Shown: positions 38,054 through 50,615, counted from the first letter of the whole stretch. The stretch is 63,014 bases of DNA, filler included, from Octopus bimaculoides (GCF_001194135.2; 5 parts of 5 records of this genome joined end to end with filler, not necessarily neighbours in it); one strand, 5' to 3'. Numbers and translations are program-made. Notes: generated by a model from the letters alone, not told the origin.

Positions 38054-39758
38054 GATGCATGTATGTTTTATGTATGTATGCATGTGTGTATGTATGTATG
38101 TATGTATGTATGTATGTATGTATATTCACCGTTTGGTTTGTTTCAGTCAGATATCTTCACTTATTAATAATAAATAAATAAATAAGGCAGAGAGAAAAGA
38201 AACGAAAAAGGTAAAAAGAAATTGAATATGACATCGTGTTTTAGTTTTATCAGATAATTTCGTTTCAATTTTTTCCATGTGACAAACTTAATTGCATTCA
38301 ACAGTTTATCTATTCGTCTATCTCTCTCGCCCTCTTTTCCCCTCACAAGGACTCACACAGATATTACGCGCGCACACACGCACACACACACACATACACA
38401 CACACAAACATACTCTCATACTCTCACTTATTTACTCACGTACTTAAGCACGTGCATATAAACGCTTATAGACAAGAAAACATAACATTCACAAACATAC
38501 TCAAACACAAAAACACACAAACACCTTCAGGTAAATATGAATGCGTTTATGGGTGTATAAAATTTTAATTCGTGTCCATAAATCTGGAATTAAATATACT
38601 ATACAACCCATGGGTTCTTTCTTTCTTCTTTCCTTTTTCCTTCTTCCTTCTCTTTGTCTTTCTCTTCTGATACCACATTTCTCCTTTCTTTTCTTTATAC
38701 TAATGTTTCTTTAATAACTCCCGCCTTCTCAGCAACATTGACATAGTACCAACGATGACATTAGCTAAACCTACATTATATCATAAATATCATCAACCAG
38801 CGAGGGATCCTCCGTGCAACCACTTACCCTACTAGAAACAGCAGCCGAATCTCAAATTGCACTTAAAGCGAACAGAAAGGCCGCTTTGGACGGACTGGTC
38901 GAGTCTGAAACATCTTCGACCAATAGTCTATTGAATCAGTGTAGACATGAAGGTAAACAACAGCAACAACAATAACAATAACAACAACTGCAAAACAACA
39001 ACAATAACTTGATATCACATCAATACATCAAGAGTACTAAAATCAATTTTTGGATCCTGTGAAAATTCCTATTTTGTTCTATAAATTTGTAAAGCTTTAT
39101 AACATCGTTTCATTAACCATTTGCCTGCCCAGTGTATCACAGGTGATACACAGAACTATCTTCCCAAGCGTCCATGCGTCATATATAATACACATTCCTA
39201 ATTTTTTTTCAACCACCAGAGTAACTTGGGACAAATAAACGGAAAACTTTATAATAATTATAACATATGAAACAAAAGCTAACTAAAAATCTGAAAACAA
39301 GGATGCTTTAACAAATCTTTATGCTAAAGATCTCGATTATGCATTTGAGTTTGTACCATAGTTAATGCTCTTAAATGCGTAACACTCGAATTTCTTCCGT
39401 TATGTTAAAGATATTTTCAGTTTCGTTTCAGAGATAAAGCTGTTAAAAGCGCAACACTCAAACACATAGAGATTGTCAGAAAGTTTATAAGAATAACAAT
39501 CCTCTTCCATTCACATACATACACACACATGCACGCACAAGCACACGCACACGCACAATGATGAACAGTAATAGCAGCAGAAATCTTATCATCACCTGTC
39601 ACAACTATAGAAGCACCAACATTATACTTCAAACGTTAGACAAGTACAGTAACGGTGTTACCAACAAAGAATATCAACAGCAGCCTTGACCAGAACTACA
39701 GTGATGACTACAATTACAGCAACACCAATAATTACTGCAGAACAGAGATAACAATTGC

Positions 39759-39801
<43 letters not shown>

Positions 39802-40189
39802 CAAGATCAGCACAACCAAGAACAAGAGGTCCTTTAAGTGGTCATTTGACTTGCTAGAAACAATAGCCAAATCTCTCTCTTTCTCCCTCCCCCTACCTAC
39901 CTACTTACCGTCTTCAAAGAATAGTACACAATCTATTATGTAGTCCCAAGATACACTGTGAATAAAGGACGATGATGAGTACAACTGTTACATCCTTGAT
40001 CATCGGTTCATCATAGGTTCGCTCGCTGTGAACTAACCAAGGGCTAAATAGTAACAAAAAACATCTATTGAAGAGTACTAGAACCAGAATTGTCTCAAGA
40101 AAACATTCTTGTTCATCCAGCTGTACAACACTTTACGTCAGCCAAAATAGTTCCCTGTAATTAAGAGGAGGTGTATCAAAAGAAACAAA

Positions 40190-40289
40190 ATGGCGGATCA
40201 AACTAATTTGGCCTTACATCTCAGGAAGGATGTTCGTTTATGCCATGCTTTGTTCATTGGAATTACTTCTTCTTTGGCAGCGTTCTTCG
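40190..40289 (+). CDS. Candidate first coding exon of an unidentified host gene
   Basis: aaaATGG start, MADQTNLALHLRKDVRLCHALFIGITSSLAAFF, then consensus donor G|GTAAGT at 40290; no matching downstream exon identified. Confidence 0.25.
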
Positions 40290-40361
40290 GTAAGTGCACC
40301 GTTCAACAGACCATCACTTATTATTGCAGATATTATGGTTGTTATTGTCACTGTAGTTGCT

Positions 40362-40452
40362 GTTGTTGTTGTTGTTGTTGTTGTTGTTCTTCTTCTTCTT
40401 CTTCTTCTTCTTCTTCTTCTTCTTCTTCTTCTTCTTCTTCTTCTTCTTCTTC

Positions 40453-40504
<52 letters not shown>

Positions 40505-40507
40505 CTA
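40362..40507. repeat. Compound (GTT)n(CTT)n(CAT)n microsatellite
   Basis: Direct inspection. Confidence 0.95.
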
Positions 40508-42544
40508 TCATCTTCATTTATTTATTGTAAATTTATCGCCCGCCCCCAACGAAAACCCGCTAGCCAACATTGGATAAACATTGTCTTTCGTTCTGAAGAC
40601 ATTTTCTTTTCCCATTATATTTGCTTGTTTGCATATGTAGCTGTTGTTGTTGTTGTTGTTGTTCTCTAACCCCAGGTTAGTCCTGATCGAACAAACCTGT
40701 GTCCAAAGGCACTCCTGCAGTGATCGTCTCATATTTTCTTTTTCTAATCATAGGATACATATATTACCTAATGTCTACTTCCTTTTTAAGACAGTACAAA
40801 CAATATATATCACTGCTATTGCTAGTAGATCAATTGATCACATAAGACCTTTCTCGTTGACTCCTATGCGTTTGGTCTAAAGGTGAAGTAACTCTTCCAC
40901 TTCCTAATGAATTACTGTACTTATCAAGGATTTATGTTAAATGCATCACTCTATATTTAAATCAATTGAACAAAACATCATTCGTGTATTTATCTATAAA
41001 CGTTATTTATAGCTTCTCAAATCTCATATTCTCGCAATATCACTTAGAGTATGGGGCGGAATTTTTTGAAAAGCTGTCCCCAGAAATTCTCTACCTCAAC
41101 GGAAAGAAAAGAATGCGGAAGTAGGGTGCGTGGGCAAGTGAAAAAGTGAAATTGTTTGAAAAAAAAGTCCCAAAAGAAATAGAAATTCAGTTTCGTAATT
41201 TCAGTTGTATAAAATTGAAATGAGTTAAAATTACTCTTTTTCTCTTCGTGAAGTATACGACTTCGAGAGACAGCTATTTCAAAACTCCTCCGTGTCTTTT
41301 GATCAACGTTAATGGAATTCAGAATATTAAAGCGAGATTACATATTTTATTTCTATATTTATCAACAAAAAGAATATACATTAATCGGTATATTCAGGAT
41401 AAAAATGGATGATAAAGTGAGATTAAATACTCAATTTCTACATTTATCATCAAGAAATATAATATACATCGATCCGTATATCTAGGATAATAAAACGAGA
41501 TTACATACTGTATTTTTACATTTGTCACAAAATAGACTACATATTAAACGCTTATACTGAGACAACTGACCCCTAACTTGCAATGACTTATTAATTTTAT
41601 ATTACAGGGGGGAAAATGAGAGCTTTTTTGTCATGAGAGGCTTAACTACAGTAAAAAGAAGTCCTAGAGTATAAGTGATGTAATTAATGGACTTTATTGA
41701 CAAGAAGCGAATTCAATGACAGTCTTTTAAAACTTGTCTTGATAATTGAACCAATTTCAGATGGTATTCCATCATGTGTCTAATGCTTCAGAGGAATTTT
41801 TAAAGAACTATGACAGTCAGGGTGGGTGGAATGTAGCAAGTTAGGGTAAGTGAAATGTAGCAAGCCGGGTGAAAGCATTTTAATCTAGCGCTCGCCTCTG
41901 TAATAAAGTGGTAAGTTTACGAATGTAGGAGGAAGAAAAGCACATAGCCTCACACATAGATAGATGGGTTGCTGGTTGACTGGCTGGCCTGCTGGCTGGC
42001 TGGCTGGCTGGCTGAATGGATGAATGGATGAATGGATGGATGGATGGATCAAGCAATCGATTTGCGACTGCATGTGCTTCATTTAGTCCCATAAAGAACT
42101 TCAAAATAAAAGTATGGCACCGGATTGTGGGCATATTTTTATATCTTGGAAGTAACCTTTCAAGAAATGTGTTTCTAGACACTGAAAATCTCTCGCAAAT
42201 CTAAAATGTTTGTACGGAAGCCACAATCTGAGCAAATAGGGCTTGATTTGATTCTGGCAACACTGTTTCATTTGACGTGTTCTGACAGCCCTTCGTCCGG
42301 GACGTGAATAACATGCAGTCGACACCTCAAGATGCTAGGGAGATTTCACCAAAAATGATTGAGGAGTATACTTGTACTAAATGATAAATTCTGACACCAG
42401 AAACCGAGGTACTCCAAAGACTGTCTCATCATTGAATTACAGCTTTTCTACGGCGAACTGGAAATTGGTAACTTCCGCAAAGTAAACCTTAAAAAATACA
42501 AGGCCTGAACAAGGAATTATGACAACTAAAATTTATATTTTAAA

Positions 42545-42688
42545 TAAGAATTATGACTGAGCTCAGAGTCTATGACTAAACTAAGAGTTATGACTGAGCT
42601 CTGAGTTCGGGACTAAACTAAGAATTATGCCTGAACTAGGTGTCTATGATTAAATTAAGAATTATGACTGAACTACAAATCTATGATT
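42545..42688. repeat. Minisatellite, 4 x 37 bp
   Basis: Units start 42545, 42582, 42619, 42656; approximate consensus taagaattatgactgagctcagagtctatgactaaac. Confidence 0.85.
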
Positions 42689-42794
42689 CCAAGTTCATTT
42701 CTATCTTCTTTATTGATTAATTCTGTTTGTGTTTGATGCTAAATAACAATTAATGTTAAATAATAATTAATATTAAATAACAATTATTTCTTCA

Positions 42795-42945
42795 GTCTTT
42801 ACATTCTGAGTTCAAATTCCTGCGAGGTCAGCTTTGCTTTTTATCCTTTCGGGATCGATAAAAGAAGTATCAGCTGAATACTGGGGTCGATATAATCGAC
42901 TAAGACACTTCTCCTAAATTGCTGGCCTTGTGCCAAAATTTGAAG
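42795..42945 (+). mobile_element. SINE family A, 5'-truncated
   Basis: cattctgagttcaaattcc...atcctttcgggatcgataaa...ctggggtcgat...aattgctggccttgtgcc. Confidence 0.8.
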
Positions 42946-43224
42946 CTCATGTTAAATAACAATTAAACTCATATGATGTATCATATCAAAATATATACAC
43001 AACACAACAAAAACTCAAAGAATACATTCGCAACCGAAACAGATACAGATTTGTTCGCAGACATGACATTGCCTTAGAAGAAAATAGCGGCGATGGTGCT
43101 ACGCAGAAGACCGAAGGGTCTGATGAGGTATCGAAGAACTACCAACCGTCGAAGAACTACCAAAATACAAAAGCTCAACATGCACAGCAAAAAACCACGT
43201 AAAGAAACGACAATACAAAACATT

Positions 43225-44030
43225 CCTAGACGGTGATCAGGTATGGTCTTCGTTTATAAGGCACGCATTTCTGCGGCTCATCTCTTTGACCGAGCTGTAG
43301 TCCTAGATCAAGAAAAGACCAAAATGGACGCCTGGCATCTAGAATGCCATCAGATGCTCACTGCTCTCTACTAGACAGGTAAGGCAGTCGGTGGAAGTTC
43401 CACTATTACAGTATTTCATATATAAAGGAACATCGTGGGTAACAGCGATGAAGTCCTCGGGGAAACTTTGAGCCTCGACGTAGACAGACTGGTTAGTCTG
43501 TATGAGAGGACTCTTGGGTGGGGACTATTTTGTATAACTTCCAGAAATCCTTGATTTAGCAGTGCAACCAACGGATACTATTAATTCGAGATAATCTTTT
43601 TAGGCACGAAAGTGCCGTTTCGTGGGACGTCCGAGATGCGTGCAGAACGACGTACTGCACACATTTGTGCTATGATCAAGTTTCGCTGGTTTGTAGAGTT
43701 AAGTCGAATAGCTGCCGACGCGTGTAAGTTGGAGCTGTTTATCGGCCGAGTCCACTGTGAAGATCTTCCCCACCGCCTTCCTTTAATTGGACTAGGCATA
43801 CAGTTTTCTTCTTTCTGATGGCTATAAGGTTATAGTGTGGACAAGGCTAAAAGGATTGAGAACCGACTTCTTCCATTACGGTCAAGCTCTTTTTTCAAGT
43901 TCCATTTGGAAAAGAAAATGTGGGTGGAGAGAGAGAAGCTCTCTCTATCAGTGAATTTGTCAAAAAGTGGGTAACTGAAGCAAAATGGTTAGAAGAAATG
44001 GAACTACTCTGAGCATGATTAGAGAACTAC
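43225..44030 (+). mobile_element. L1/Tx1-like LINE relic, ORF2 C-terminal (zinc-finger) region
   Basis: Frameshifted DQVWSSFIRHAF, LGETLSLDVDRLVSL, FQKSL, RDNL, PRC...VLHTF, VWTRLKG, FKFHLEKK, KKWV; DNA-homologous to 56900-57215. Clade assignment is inference. Confidence 0.6.
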
Positions 44031-44039
44031 AGTTTGGGA

Positions 44040-45260
44040 GTGGGTTCGTACACATGGTGATCGCGATGATCAGAGACCTATGGTGCTGTGCCTCTTTTTT
44101 CTCCTTCCCCTCATCAAGGATACTTTCCTTTTTTACTGACTTAATTAACTTTTCATGGCTTTCGAGGACGTACTTTTTGAGATTGGCAACCTCCATACTC
44201 ACAGAATCCTCAAAACTTATTAACTCCTCGTTCTCCTTTGCTGTTTTTCAAGTGTAGCCGATCCACATCTTGAGAATGGAATGCTTTATATATCGTTAAC
44301 AATTTTCTGGTCTTTCTCTCCAAGATTTTTAAGTCATCTTTCAACCATTTGATCATACCACCTCCATACCTTGTTATGCTTATCTTAAAAGTGGAGATAG
44401 TATTTACACTATTCAATTTCGATTTCAGTACTTTTCTCACCCTACTCAATTACTCCCGACTTAACTGCACAGTTGTTTTGTAGTTTACTCTGGGTTATTA
44501 CATTTTCCTGTTGATTCTTCTCTTCAACTTGTTTTTCAATCATTTTGAGTCATTCCTCTTCCATGTTGTGCTTTTTATTCACGCCCTAGATTCCTTCCCA
44601 ATTTCCTTTTGCTCTCATTGGCATCCAGAATAATTGCCTCGGTTCTTTCCCTTCCCCCAAGCGGCTCGAAAAGTTTCTTTTGGTTTCTTAAAAGCAATCT
44701 ATTTTGATGGAATTGATTACAACAATCATCGTACCTTTTTTTACTTCTTCCCTTCAGCTGTTATTCTTTCTTTCAGTTCCTCTATTACAACATTGTAACC
44801 TTTCTTTCTTATTTTGAATTTCACTTTCAGCTCTTTGACAACGTCATCATTTTTCAACTGTTCGTCTTTCATCCGTTCAATCTTACTCGGGTCTTTTCTC
44901 GCATTGCTAATTTGGGACATAATTCTTCTTTTCCACTATGGTCCTGCCCTGTTACCCTGTTGTTTATTCCTAGCAACATGACCACCACGTTACCAGCAAC
45001 TTTCACGAGGTTGGTTACTTGTTCTAGGGTTTCAGCTTTGACATATTTTAGTATTTTGTCTACTCTCTCTGCTTATAATTTCAATCTGTTACTATCAACA
45101 TTCCTTAAGTTAGGGGCACAAGATAAAGGGACATTCTCAGGTTCTTCTTTTACCATGAACAAGATATCTCAGTCTTCAGTTTCCGGATCTTCCTCATTCT
45201 TCTTAATGCATATCGATTTATTACCTTCATTCTGTTTCACGGTACCGACGTCTGCCAAAA
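44040..45260 (-). mobile_element. R4/Dong-like RLE element with the RT core deleted
   Basis: N-terminal KIRKKGYNVVIEELK region joins near 44455 directly to RVRKVLKSKLN...KTRKLLT...VDRL...GERG, ending in a SLIIA..TN remnant. Confidence 0.8.
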
Positions 45261-45289
45261 CCTCTACATCACCTATTTCACCTTCATCA

Positions 45290-45473
45290 CACAAGGACAG
45301 ACAAAGGGATTAAGTCGATTACATCGACCCTAGTGCGTAACTGGTACTTCATTTATCGACCCCGAAAGGATGAAAGGCAAAGTCGACCTCGGCGGAATTT
45401 GAGCTCAGAACGTAACGGCAGACGAAATACTGCTAAGCATTTCGCCCGGCGTGCTAACGTTTCTGCCAGCTCG
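45290..45473 (-). mobile_element. SINE family A (caaggacagac-tail subfamily)
   Basis: Close match to 35597-35816. Confidence 0.9.
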
Positions 45474-46176
45474 GGTTATTTCCGCCACTCCTCAGTACTG
45501 GATACCTCGTCTATCAGAGATGATAACAGCTCGCTTCTGCACGCAATATATACATATATTTCAAGCGAACACACAGTCGTTGATTTTACAACAGCGAATG
45601 TTAAAAACCGTTGAACTTGGAACGAAATGCTCTTTCAGTGCTTAATTATTATTTCTGTTCTGAATTTAATTTCACTGAAGCTTGAATGTCTCTTTCAATC
45701 CTTTTCCTACGGTCGACCAAATATGCACCAATTAAGCACTGGATTCAATTTAATAAACTGACCTCTCCACCCCCAAATTGCATGGCCGTGTTCCTAATTA
45801 TTACTATAATCATTATAGACTCTAATGATAAGATATCGGGGGTATTGCAACCTGTCTATATAATATCTCGCTGCGATGGATATATTACATAGTATCATAC
45901 ACGACAGAGATAAATGAGAAGCTTCTTAGTAATTAGTTTCAAACTTGTCAGAGATGTCTGATAGTAATTGCAAAGTTAGAAAGTATATTTACCAAGGTTT
46001 AATCAACTTCTTGTTTTTTTTTGTTGTTTTTTTTTCTTTAGTTTCATATAACTCTCTTACGCTTGCCACCACTCTTGCAACCGTCCACTATATATCGCTC
46101 AATCTCTCTCTTTTTGTTCCTTCCCCTCTCTTCCTCTATCCTTTTTTACTCTTTCCTTCTCTCTGTCTATATATAT

Positions 46177-46251
<75 letters not shown>

Positions 46252-46428
46252 NNNNNNNNNNNNNNNNNNNNNNNNNNNNNNNNNNNNNNNNNNNNNNNNN
46301 NNNNNNNNNNNNNNNNNNNNNNNNNNNNNNNNNNNNNNNNNNNNNNNNNNNNNNNNNNNNNNNNNNNNNNNNNNNNNNNNNNNNNNNNNNNNNNNNATAT
46401 ATATATATATATATATATATATAGTAGA

Positions 46429-46520
46429 GGCGCAATGGCCCAGTGGTTAAGGCAGCCGACTCGCGGTCGTAGGATCGTGATTTCGATTCCCAGACAGGGC
46501 GTTGTGAGTGTTTGTTGAGC
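46429..46520 (+). mobile_element. tRNA-derived SINE head, family C
   Basis: A-box TGGCCCAGTGG, B-box-like TTCGATTCCC; homologous to 51131; no tRNA acceptor stem. Confidence 0.75.
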
Positions 46521-46529
46521 ATGTGTGTG

Positions 46530-46563
<34 letters not shown>

Positions 46564-46835
46564 TACATACATACGTGTGTGTGTGAGAGTGTATGTGCCT
46601 TTGAGGTAAATGACCGAAAGAGAAAGAGTGTGCGTCAATAAATGAATATATCTCTATGTGTGCGTGCCCAATGAACGCGAACGTATATGCATTTACATGT
46701 GTACGTGTATGAGTATGTATTTATGTAAGTACGCGTGTGTTCGTATGTGTGTGTGTACGCGAGTATGGGTGTATATGATCATAAATGTAGAATGATAGAC
46801 GAACAAAGAGATATGTGCGTATGTAGAAATCTGCG

Positions 46836-46838
<3 letters not shown>

Positions 46839-46896
<58 letters not shown>

Positions 46897-46916
46897 TGAT
46901 AGATAGATAGATAGAT
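46839..46916. repeat. (GATA)n microsatellite
   Basis: Direct inspection. Confidence 0.95.
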
Positions 46917-47329
46917 AAACTCAGAGAAATACAAAGGTATGATGTAAAGGTAGATGTGTAGATACATGATTTGATAAAAATGGGAGATTAAAATAAATAG
47001 ATTCAAGACAAAGTGACACTTGGATAAGTATATCATGGGTGAGTAGACACATATATCCAAGTCCAAAACTTTAAATGAAAACAGGAAATTAATTCATTCT
47101 TTTATTGACATACTATATATGGTTTATGTCTACATGTGAGTGCATATGTATATATGAGTGAAAGAATGTGTGCACATGGGTATATGTATCTATATACGTA
47201 CGTCTCTGTGTATACTAACATACCTATATTTATGCATACATAGTAATATATATGCGTGTTCTTAATTATATAAAAACAACAAAACTGAATTGATCAAAGC
47301 ACACCATTCAAGCTGCGAGGACAAATATA

Positions 47330-47580
47330 TTGGGTTGGTGCATAATTATTGTGGCTTTTTTTAAACAAATTTTATTCAACAAAAACAATAATAACATGTA
47401 ACAAAAACATCTTTAAATGATTATTTCGGAGCATATTCACCATCTACTTCAATTACTGCTCCCCATTTACTTGACAGACGGTAAAACCGTCATTTAAAGA
47501 TGTTTTTGTTAAATATTGTTATTGTTTTTGTTGAATAAAATTTGTTGAAAAAACGCCGCAATAATTATGCACCAACCCAA
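47330..47580. mobile_element. Mariner-derived MITE with 91-bp inverted arms and TA TSD
   Basis: TIR ttgggttggtgcataattattg(c/t)ggc resembles Hsmar1-type ITRs. TA at 47328-29 and 47581-82. Spacer encodes, on minus, RLSSKWGAVIEVDGEYAPK*, a mariner transposase C-terminus. Confidence 0.9.
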
Positions 47581-48065
47581 TATATAAGTTAATTCGAAGC
47601 TTCGCCAAACTGTTTAGAATCTACCTCTGGCAAACGTTAGGAATAATTGAAATATTTTATATGAAATATATAAATATATACAGCTATTTGTAATATGATG
47701 CAATAAAGTCTTCCCTGATAATCCGTTGTGGTTGAGCATCTAAATGCACTTAGAACACCTATTGTAGAGCTTCAAACTACAGTGTTTATATATATGTAAT
47801 AGACAAAGCACTAGATATGAATTACTATAATTTTCATATTCGGATAGTACAGTAACCGAACAAACTTGTGTACCGCGCCGTGTACTATCCTGCAATTTTT
47901 CAGGCTCAGAAAATATGATTGCTCTCTGAGCAAAATCGAGAGAGAACTGGGGGAAAGAAACGAGAAACGGAAAGCTTGGAGGGAACGAAGTTATGAGTTA
48001 GGATCCTTTAATCCGTTAGGAACAGATTCAACAACGGTGAATGGGGTTAATCCGATGGAGAAAAA

Positions 48066-48380
48066 CTAAATTTGTAAGACTGTATGCCTTATCCAGTTGA
48101 ATAATAGAAACTTGTCTAGATGCTTGCATTTTGGGAAAATCTCCGATCTCGAGTTCAGTAAATAGGAGGAGTTCTTAGATCTAAAAAGTGTATGAAATCT
48201 TTCGCCTAATCAAAGGCTGCACCTCCTTGAACCTTTAATGTATGGTCAAGCATCAACGATGCTCCACTTGATGGAGTGGCGGGCAATTTTGGCTTTCAGG
48301 TCTCAGATATGACTAGCTAGCTTACGAGTTTTCTTCTTGTCTACGTGTCGGAAAGATGAGTGGTGGCTGGCGTAGCTTAC
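48066..48380 (-). mobile_element. Penelope-like element remnant (endonuclease C-terminus)
   Basis: Single frame: YASHHSSFRHVDKKKTRKLASHI*DLK...SIKWSIVDA*PYIKGSRRCSL*LGE...LLNSRSEIFPKCKHLDKFLL; three in-frame stops. Confidence 0.85.
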
Positions 48381-48674
48381 ACACACATATGTATGTACGT
48401 ATGTATCTTATTTTGTCTTCCGAAGGTGCTGTATCTGCAATATTGATTGCACAGTTGTCTTATTATCGAAAGGAACCGGAAATTGGAGCCCACTGGGTAG
48501 CAGGCCTTTTAGTAAGTAATGTTAATATTCTTTCTTAATTCTTTCTCTATGGCAATGATGAAAATAACTTCATTTCGATTAGGTAATGAAAATGAGTAGA
48601 CACATACATGTGTGCATGTGTGTGTGTCTATGCTTGCGTGTTTATGTATTCATATTACACACACACGCACACGC

Positions 48675-48714
<40 letters not shown>

Positions 48715-49039
48715 ACAAACAAGCATATATATGAGGCTGAATGTGAGCTAGATTAGCTGCAGGATACAATTGGAAATTAACTGGAATTACATATTATAGA
48801 ACTACTTGGGAAAATATCGTTTATAACAAATATCAAAAGTCAAACTAGAAGCAACGGTGAAATTTTCAGATGAATATAACTATACTCTCCAAAATATGTG
48901 CAGTGTACTTTTCTCTTATCAGTTAAAGCAATGTGTACGTACAGACATATATGCACACTGATACATACATACATGCATACATACATACATGCCTGCATGC
49001 ATACATACATACATACATACATACATACATTCATACATA

Positions 49040-49500
49040 CAACCCCGCTAAAGAAATAAGAACCTACAGCATGGTAGAAGTCATAGCCACTCATAATAAA
49101 AAGAAGCACTGGTGGATATCCGAGTGAAGACCTCAATAAAATGTAAGCACAACAGACCTGATATAATGATTTGGGATAGGGAAGAGAAACTGTGCACAGT
49201 TGCGGAAATTAGCTGCCCAGCGGATGTTAACATAAAGCTGAAGACCAGTGAAAAAGAAATCACCTACGCTGAACTATTGAGAAATCTGAAGTTACTCTCT
49301 CCAGATTACAAGTTCAGGCTTATACCTGTAATTATTGGGGCCCTAGGATATGTAATAACACAGTGCCTAAATACCAATCTTGAGAAATTAGACTTCTTAA
49401 AAACCAGAAAGGAGAAAACTAATTCGAAGACTACAGATCCAATCCATCACTGGAATTGTAAAAATCTATAAAACTTTCCAGAAGTTTAACATTTAAGTAT
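49040..49500 (+). mobile_element. 5'-truncated RLE retrotransposon 3' end flanked by (CATA)n
   Basis: DIRVKTSIKCKHNRPDIMIWDREEKLCTVAEISCPADVNI...EKEITYAEL...IPVIIGALG (PD..D/E..K RLE motif). Confidence 0.85.
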
Positions 49501-49634
49501 ATATGAGCATGTCAAAGCATGCAACTATATGCATGATAATACATACATAAAACAAAACATACAGATCTGCACATATACATACATATATATTTACATACAA
49601 ACAAACCGACAGACAAACAGACAGATATGTATGC

Positions 49635-49665
<31 letters not shown>

Positions 49666-49952
49666 NNNNNNNNNNNNNNNNNNNNNNNNNNNNNNNNNNN
49701 NNNNNNNNNNNNNNNNNNNNNNNNNNNNNNNNNNNNNNNNNNNNNNNNNNNNNNNNNNNNTATTTATATATATATACATATATATGGTATACGCAATTGC
49801 AGCAATGTTTAATTAAAATAAACTTCTATGTATAAATACTTAATGCATACACACTGGGGATAGACCAGTTACTGCAGTATATATTCTGAGATATCTCTTA
49901 TGGACTTGCTATGTTACAGTCACAATATCAGAGAGAGAGAGGTGGGAGATAT

Positions 49953-49996
<44 letters not shown>

Positions 49997-50315
49997 GTAG
50001 ACAGAGACAAAAACAGACACAATTTATCTCTGCAGCGGCCAACGAGAGCGCCAAATGCATTTCGGATTTTAGGGTTTTTTTCTTTATGCATATTCCAATG
50101 AGTATGACGCGACCTTAAATATGCAGGCTCTCATTTGTTTCATGCAAAAAGTGAAGCCTACTTAGAGCCAGAGTGCCTCAGAGCATGTTGCTTATAGGGA
50201 TATCTAGACCTGACTGAAATTCACAATGTAATCTCGGAGAAGACGGGAAATAACGAGAAAAATGAGACCATAAAGGAGCAAAAATGCATGGTCCAGGGAT
50301 CATGCAACTGTAGAG

Positions 50316-50592
50316 CAGTGTTCCACAACCTTTTTTCACTTGCATTTACTGTTACTTAATCTAATGTTACCTTAGGTCGATAGTGTGATTAGAGGGAGAC
50401 TGTCGTTCTAGTCCAGTGCGCCGCAACCTTTTATCACTTGCGATACGCTTATATTCTTTTCAAAATTCGGCGGCACACCTGAACTAAAAATATAACTAAA
50501 AGTATAGGGAGAAAATTATTTTCAGGTTATACTGCGGCACACCTAGCATCGTCTCGTGGTATACCAGTGCGCTACTGCTGTGAGAGTGCCTA
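50316..50592 (+). mobile_element. Degenerate hAT (Charlie-like) non-autonomous fragments
   Basis: Two cagtg..c.caacctttt starts (50316, 50414) and repeated gcggcacacct; right TIR decayed. Confidence 0.45.
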
Positions 50593-50615
50593 GGTAAATG
50601 CGAAGCGTTCATAAC

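Noticed and set aside
34709-39238. Duplicated 62-aa gene
   Set aside because: GTG-started ORF with no protein features, inside a duplicate that is probably an assembly artefact.
42545-42688. CRISPR-like 37-bp repeats
   Set aside because: Contiguous tandem units with no spacers, no cas genes, eukaryotic context.
43118-43165. CTGATGA followed by a GGTA/TACC stem
   Set aside because: Followed by AACC rather than GAAA; explained by a short tcgaagaactaccaa duplication.
46429-46500. tRNA gene
   Set aside because: A and B boxes present but no acceptor stem or cloverleaf; homologous to the SINE head at 51131.
47842-47890. 10-bp stem GGATAGTACA/TGTACTATCC downstream of a Penelope remnant, possible ribozyme
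   Set aside because: Flanking CTGAAAA/GAAA cannot be arranged with a paired stem I; insufficient.
47902-48069. Acceptor plus open frame ending EKN* as a host exon
   Set aside because: It is the antisense of the 3' flank of the Penelope remnant at 48066-48380.
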